Source: Macrostomum lignano (taxonomy: Eukaryota). From it: a stretch of DNA of 64,000 nucleotides. The notes under the pieces were generated by a model. That model was not told where the DNA came from and ran no database searches. It saw only the letters and a program-made list of their open reading frames with translations. The stretch's first letter is position 1. Each line of letters starts with the position of its first letter. The stretch spans positions 248,001 to 312,000 of the forward strand of contig NIVC01000001.1 of NCBI GenBank assembly GCA_002269645.1, in the 5' to 3' direction. Shown here piece by piece: positions 23,622 to 64,000 of the stretch. A program made the position numbers and the translations under genes.

Positions 23622-25105
23622 TGTCTCTCTCCCTCTCCCTCTCCCTCTCCCTCTCCCTCTCCCTCTCTCCCTCCCTCTCCCTATCCCTCTCCCTCTCCCT
23701 CTCCCTCTCCCTCCCTCTCCCTCTCCCTCTCTCCCTCTCTCCCTCCTCTCCCTCTCCCTCTCCCTCTCCCTCCCTCTCCCTATCCCTCTCCTTCTCCCTC
23801 TCCCTCTCCCTCTCCCTCTCCCTCCCTCTCCCTCTCCCTCTCTCCTCTCTCCCTCCCTCTCCCTCTCCCTCTCCCTCTCTCTCCCTCTCCCTCTCCCTCT
23901 CCCTCTCCCTCTCCCTCTCCCTCTCCCTCTCCCTCTCTCCCTCCCTCTCCCTATCCCTCTCCCTCTCCCTCTCCTCCCTCTCCCTCTCCCTCTCCCTCTC
24001 CCTCCCTCTCCCTCTCCCTCTCTCCCTCTCTCCCTCCCTCTCCCTCTCCCTCTCCCTCTCCCTCCCTCTCCCTATCCCTCTCCCTCTCCCTCTCCCTCCC
24101 TCTCCCTCTCCCTCTCCCTCTCCCTCCCTCTCCCTCTCCCTCTCTCCCTCTCTCCCTCCCTCTCCCTCTCCCTCTCCCTCTCTCTCCCTCTCCCTCTCCC
24201 TCTCCCTCTCCCTCTCCCTCTCCCTCTCCCTCTCCCTCTCTCCCTCCCTCTCCCTCCCTCTCCCTCTCCCTCTCCCTCTCTCTCCCTCTCCCTCTCCCTC
24301 TCCCTCTCCCTCTCCCTCTCTCCCTCTCTCCCTCCCTCTCCCTATCCCTCTCCCTCTCCCTCTCCCTCCCTCTCCTCCTCTCCCTCTCTCCCTCTCTCCC
24401 TCCCTCTCCCTCTTCCTCTCCCTCTCCCTCTTCCTCTCTCCCTCCCTCTCCCTATCCCTCTCCCTCTCCCTCTCCCTCTCTCCCTCTCTCCCTCCCTCTC
24501 CCTCTCCCTCTCCCTCTCTCCCTCTCCCTCTCCCTCCCTCTCCCTCTCCCTCTCCCTCTCTCCTCTCCCTGCCTCTCCCTCTCCTCTCCCTCTCCCTCTC
24601 CCTCTCCCTCTCCCTCTCCCTCTCCCTCTCCCTCTCCCTCTCCCTCTCCCTCTCCCTCCCTCTCCCTCTCCCTCTCCCTCTCCCTCTCCCTCCCTCTCCC
24701 TCTCCCTCTCCCTCCCTCTCCCTCCCCCTCTCCCTCTCACTCCCTCTCCCTCTCCCTCTCCCTCTCCCTCCCTCTCCCTCTCCCTCTCCCTCTCCCTCCC
24801 TCTCCCTCTCCCTCTCCCTCTCCCTCCCTCTCCCTCCCTCTCCCTCCCTCTCCCTCTAACTCTCCCTCTCCCTCTCCCTCTCTCCCTTCCTCTCCCTCTC
24901 TCCCTCCCTCTCCCTCTCCCTCTCCCTCTCTCCCTCCCTCTCCCTCTCCCTCTCCCTCCCTCTCCCTCTCCCTCTCCCTCCCTCTCTCTCCTCTCTCCCT
25001 CCCTCTCCCTCTCCCTCCCTCTCCCTCTCCCTCTCCCTCCCTCTCCCTCTCCCTCTCCCTCCCTCTCCCTCTCCCTCTCCCTCTCCCTCTCCCTCCCCCT
25101 CTCAC
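23622..25105. repeat. (CCCTCT)n-type microsatellite
   Basis: About 1.5 kb pyrimidine tract. Confidence 0.95.
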
Positions 25106-26749
25106 TCTAAGACCCTTTCCCTCTGCCTCTCTCTGCCTCTCCATCTCTATCTATTTCAATATACTATTTATATCAACTTTTTGCATATACAGTGCTGAAT
25201 ATAATTTTCTCAATCACAGCGATCTCATTCTACGATAATCAGGTGACGCGTTCGAGTTAATACGAGAATATTTATTTTTTGTTTTGCTTTGAAATTTTCA
25301 ATTACTGTAATTTGTGTTAACCACTTTTGTTTGTTTGTTTGCTACTTACTCTACTCACGTTGGTAGTATAGAGTAGGTTTTCTCTGCCACACGGATACTA
25401 ACTGCTCCACTTGCTATATAAATATCATTTTAGCCTTGCGAAAACACATGAAATGCTTTCATTTTGTTAATTCTTAGTTCTCTAAGCGCTAGATGAGCAC
25501 CATATTTCTTTTGCTTCTATCTAGACCACAGACACAAAAATAACTGGACGGGCCACTCAGGCATATATACTTAGCAAAACAGCTTTCTACTTTCAGATCA
25601 GTAGCAATGAAGAATGCATAAGCTATTATAGAAAATAAAGGCAGCTGACTTTGATAAGTTTAGAAGCCCAAGCTTGCAGGCGTAAACAGCTTGCTAATTG
25701 GTTCAGCCGTAATGTACATTAACCACTGAAATGTACATGGCAGATTTAAGCTGGAACAGCCGAGGAAGGTAATAAAAATTGGGCGACGGGGCAGGGGTAC
25801 AGGTTCTGTGTGGAGTTTCAGGGTTTAAGCTTGGAGGGGGTAGGAGCCAATAAATGAGCCTTGTCTTTGAAAATACATTAAAATGCTTTAGTTTTGCTTA
25901 CTACTGAACTGAAAGTAGCTTGCTCGCAAATGTGCTGTGTGGCCGATCTAGTTATTCTAGTATCTGTGATCTAGACTTACCTGGTTACCAGGAGCGTCAG
26001 TTGTACCCGAGGCCGAGGCTATTTATTTTATTTGTTAAAATGATGCTACTAATAAAAACACGAGCCTCTTGCTGCTTTCGAAATATTAAAAAAAATTGTG
26101 CCAGGCGTTGTTGCGACGAAGTGAAACTTTTATTTTCTTGATAAAATAATTAAGTTTGATAAGTTACAGATGAACAGCCCCGTTTATGCAAGATACGACA
26201 TGCGATGGCAAATCAGCACTAGGTCTGCTTGCTCTCATGTTACTAAATTCAATTTATAAAACTAAGTTATACAAATTTCTATAAACACTTTGCGGGGAGT
26301 GCAGCAAGCAAAATTATAGTAAAAATGAACTAAACATTAAAATTACCTGCTGTGTGACGGGCGTGAATGGTCTTATACAAGTATAGTTATTAGTCACAGA
26401 ACTGGCAACTCCACAGTGCGCAACAAAGGAAGGACTTCGCTAATTTTGGAGTAATTGAGACTGATAACATTGAAAATGCATTTCTCAATTCGGTATTAAA
26501 ATACGTTAAATATTTACACGTGTGCTGAGCAGAGAACGTTGTTGGAATAGGTATAGGCATTGCAAACACAGTTAATTTAATTTGCCAGTAGAGCACAAAA
26601 CAATTAATTGGTTTTGGCCAGCCAGAGGAGCCAAGCTTTGCTTTGGTTTTTGGTGGTTTTGCTGGCAATGCAAGGTCGCTTGGGTGTTAGGACTGGCTAT
26701 TGATACAGTACGGGGCTCTTGTGTTGGTCAGATAACTTAGGGCTTGTAT

Positions 26750-27270
26750 TGGGGGTTAGCTATTAGATAACTTGGGGCTTGGGGTGGAGGTTGGCTATTA
26801 GATAACTTGGGGCTTGGAGTGGAGGTTGGCTATTAGATAACTTGGGGCTTGGAGTGGAGGTTGGCTATTAGATAACTTGGGGCTTGGGGTGGAGGTTGGC
26901 TATTATTGTAGATAACTTGGGGCTTGGAGTGGGGGTTGGCTATTAGATAACTTGGGGCTTGGAGTGGGGGTTGGCAATTAGATAACTTGGGGCTTGGAGT
27001 GGGGGTTGGCTATTAGATAACTTGGGGCTAGAAGTGGGGGTTGGCTATTAGATAACTTGGGGCTTGGGGTGGAGGTTGGCTATTAGATAACTTGGGGCTT
27101 GGAGTGGGGGTTGGCAATTAGATAACTTGGGGCTAGAAGTGGGGGTTGGCTATTAGATAACTTGGGGCTTGAAGTGGGGGTTGGCTATTAGATAAGTTGG
27201 GGCTTGAGGTGGGGGTTTGCTTTCATAAGTTGGGGCTTGGGTGGGGTTGGAAATTAGATAACTCGAGGCT
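26750..27270. repeat. 35-bp minisatellite (gataacttggggcttggagtggaggttggctatta)n downstream of the neurexin stop
   Basis: Direct tandem repeats, G-rich on +. Confidence 0.9.
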
Positions 27271-27503
27271 TTGAGGTGAGAGGAGGCGGGTTTGGCTAGC
27301 ATGGTTACTGTAATTATGAGATAAGGCTGTGCAGTTGGTTGTAGTTAAAATAAGGCATAATGAAACATCAGGTTCCAGGTAGGCTTGACAGAGACTGGAT
27401 TACGGGTGCTGTTGTGTTCTGGGTTTTCTCGATTCCGTAGTGCGCAAAGTAAGAAAGAGAATCGGTATTTTTTTCTTTTTAGTCCCACTGCAGGCCTCAG
27501 CAC

Positions 27504-61250
<33,747 letters not shown>

Positions 61251-61321
61251 CTGCGTTTATAAAGTTCAGCTGCGATTGAGAGTTGGCCCACACGAGACGA
61301 AAGTCAGTCGCACACCCTGTT

Positions 61322-63120
61322 CTTTGCCCAAGCGGCAGTCACCCCAATTATCAGCCAACCCCTTCCCTTGACCAAGCGGCAGTCAGCCCAATTATCAGCC
61401 AACCCCTTCCCTTGACCAAGCGGCAGTCAGCCCAATTATCAGCCAACCCCTTCCCTTGACCAAGCGGCAGTCAGCCCAATTATCAGCCAACCCCTTCCCT
61501 TGACCAAGCGGCAGTCACCCCAATTATCAGCCAACCCCTTCCCTTGACCAAGCGGCAGTCAGCCCAATTATCAGCCAACCCCTTCCCTTGACCAAGCGGC
61601 AGTCAGCGCAATTATCAGCCAACCCCTTCCCTTGACCAAGCGGCAGTCACCCCAATTATCAGCCAACCCCTTCCCTTGACCAAGCGGCAGTCACCCCAAT
61701 TATCAGCTAAACCCTTCTCTTGACCAAGCGCAGTCACCCCAATTATCAGCTAAACCCTTCCCTTGACCAAGCGGCAGTCACCCCAAGTATCAGCTAAACC
61801 CTTCTCTTGACCAAGCGGCAGTCACCCCAATTATCAGCTAAACCCTTCCCTTGACCAAGCGGCAGTCACCCCAATTATCAGCTAAACCCTTCCCTTGACC
61901 AAGCGGCAGTCACCCCAATTATCAGCTAAACCCTTCTCTTGACCAAGCGGCAGTCACCCCAATTATCAGCCAACCCCTTCTCTTGACCAAGCGGCAGTCA
62001 CCCCAATTATCAGCTAAACCCTTCTCTTGACCAAGCGGCAGTCACCCCAATTATCAGCTAAACCCTTCCCTTGACCAAGCGGCAGTCAGCCCAATTATCA
62101 GCTAAACCCTTCCCTTGACCAAGCGGCAGTCAGCCCAATTATCAGCCAACCCCTTCCCTTGACCAAGCGGCAGTCAGCGCAATTATCAGCTAAACCCTTC
62201 CCTTGACCAAGCGGCAGTCACCCCAATTATCAGCCAACCCCTTCCCTTGACCAAGCGGCAGTCACCCCAATTATCAGCTAAACCCTTCCCTTGACCAAGC
62301 GGCAGTCACCCCAATTATCAGCCAACCCCTTCCCTTGACCAAGCGGCAGTCACCCCAATTATCATATCAGCCAAACCCCTTCCTTTGACCAAGCGGCAGT
62401 CACCCCAATTATCATATCAGCCAACCCCTTCCTTTGACCAAGCGGCAGTCACCCCAATTATCAGCCAACCCCTTCCCTTGACCAAGCGGCAGTCACCCCA
62501 ATTATCAGCCAACCCCTTCCCTTGACCAAGCGGCAGTCACCCCAATTATCAGCCAACCCCTTCCCTTGACCAAGCGGCAGTCACCCCAATTATCATATCA
62601 GCCAAACCCCTTCCTTTGACCAAGCGGCAGTCACCCCAATTATCAGCCAACCCCTTCCCTTGACCAAGCGGCAGTCACCCCAATTATCAGCTAAACCCTT
62701 CCCTTGACCAAGCGGCAGTCAGCCCAATTATCAGCCAACCCCTTCCCTTGACCAAGCGGCAGTCACCCCAATTATCATATCAGCCAACCCCTTCCTTTGA
62801 CCAAGCGGCAGTCACCCCAATTATCAGCCAACCCCTTCCCTTGACCAAGCGGCAGTCACCCCAATTATCATATCAGCCAACCCCTTCCCTTGACCAAGCG
62901 GCAGTCACCCCAATTATCAGCCAACCCCTTCCCTTGACCAAGCGGCAGTCACCCCAATTATCAGCCAACCCCTTCCCTTGACCAAGCGGCAGTCACCCCA
63001 GTTATCATATCAGCCAACCCCTTTTCTTGACCAAGCGACAGTCAGCCCAATTATCAGCTAAACCCTTTTCTTGACCAAGCGGCAGTCACCCCAATTATCA
63101 TATCAGCCAACCCCTTCCCA
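61322..63120. repeat. 44-bp minisatellite (ccaagcggcagtcaccccaattatcagccaaccccttcccttga)n with 49-50-bp variants
   Basis: About 40 units. Confidence 0.95.
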
Positions 63121-64000
63121 TCTTTGTATATATGCAAGTGAAATTATCAACACAAAAATTGAACACGGCGTCTCAATATCTAAAGAAAATGCCCAATTAT
63201 AGGGAGACTGATTTATTTATGCACGCCGCAAGATATTTCTAATGACCGGCACCCAAAATTCGTGTCTCGCATTAAGCAGGCACTCCGAACTCCGGGTGTT
63301 AAAGATCAAGATTAGTTCAAAAGCTCGGCCACTGGACCAGCCTCCCTTGCGGCACTAACGATTGCAAAATCCATCCCGGATTTATGGAGTTATCGGCAGT
63401 GGGTGGGGGAAGAGAAAACGCTAAGCATGTCGCTTTTAGCTCCCGTACCGAAAGTATCGAGTTTCCCAGCCCCGGAGCAATTTTCCATTATTTCTGCTTC
63501 GGGGCCGACTTTGCAATCGCTCGCATAGCATTTTCCTAAAGGCTGCAGCTTAGAAGGAGATGCATGATGAAGAAAGAGGCTGAGTTACAGTCTTTCAGAC
63601 GGCATTAGGCTGACGCTGCTAGGAGGCTAAAGCCTGACCGAGGGACCCCGGCACTTAGGGAATCTAAGGAGCGGCCCTGCAGCATCCCACTTGGCTGCAG
63701 GTGCAATTCTTGACTATTTAGGCTGATTGATTCGTTCATTGAATGGGAGAGCCCAGCAAGATGGAGCGGGAGATGCTGGGGGGAATTGCTTGATAAAAAA
63801 GCGCTGCTCCAGGCCGCGTCATAAAATCCCACAAAGCCAACAAGCCGAGGATTCACCCGCGGCCCAGTCGTGACAGTGGTTTACAACCTCAGTAAGTTGA
63901 AAAATGACCGCGACTGCAATATCCAAGAGCCTACAAAATATACTATTGATTTGGGGAACTTAAAAAAATAAAAAAATCCCGACTCTTTGGAGCAATTCCT

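Noticed and set aside
63130-64000. Next upstream neurexin exon
   Set aside because: No LamG/EGF-like translation with usable splice sites found. The 5' exons presumably lie beyond the window.

Overview
Eukaryotic (animal) genomic DNA: GC-rich exons separated by introns and spacers packed with locus-specific mini- and microsatellites. This style suggests a free-living flatworm such as Macrostomum, but that is inference and the species is not proven. Four host genes are present. (1) The last four coding exons of an acetyl-CoA synthetase (ACSS2-like, +, 34-3597; 5' end outside the window). (2) A complete five-exon mitochondrial trifunctional enzyme alpha subunit (HADHA, +, 9124-13310). (3) An intronless, divergent class-A-like 7TM receptor (+, 22378-23442). 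(4) The 3' ~34 kb of an alpha-neurexin gene (-, 12 exons from 61250 to 27504; LNS2 through the TM and PDZ tail KEWYV). Eleven of its twelve exons give ten junctions that join in frame unambiguously; the last junction has two candidate acceptors. A ~5.86-kb full-length non-LTR retrotransposon sits antisense in the neurexin intron between EGF3 and LNS6. It has ORF1 plus APE-RT-RNaseH-CCHC ORF2, looks Loa/R1-like, and has an 11-bp target-site duplication. About 40 tandem-repeat arrays explain nearly all remaining long ORFs in the track. I found no rRNA, tRNA or CRISPR array. I cannot demonstrate a wholly new biological system here. The best leads are the near-intact LINE with a stop/start overlap, a possible ACSS2-HADHA trans-spliced unit, neurexin introns at vertebrate alternative-splice positions, a 1.4-kb element with satellite-derived inverted ends, and the orphan GPCR.
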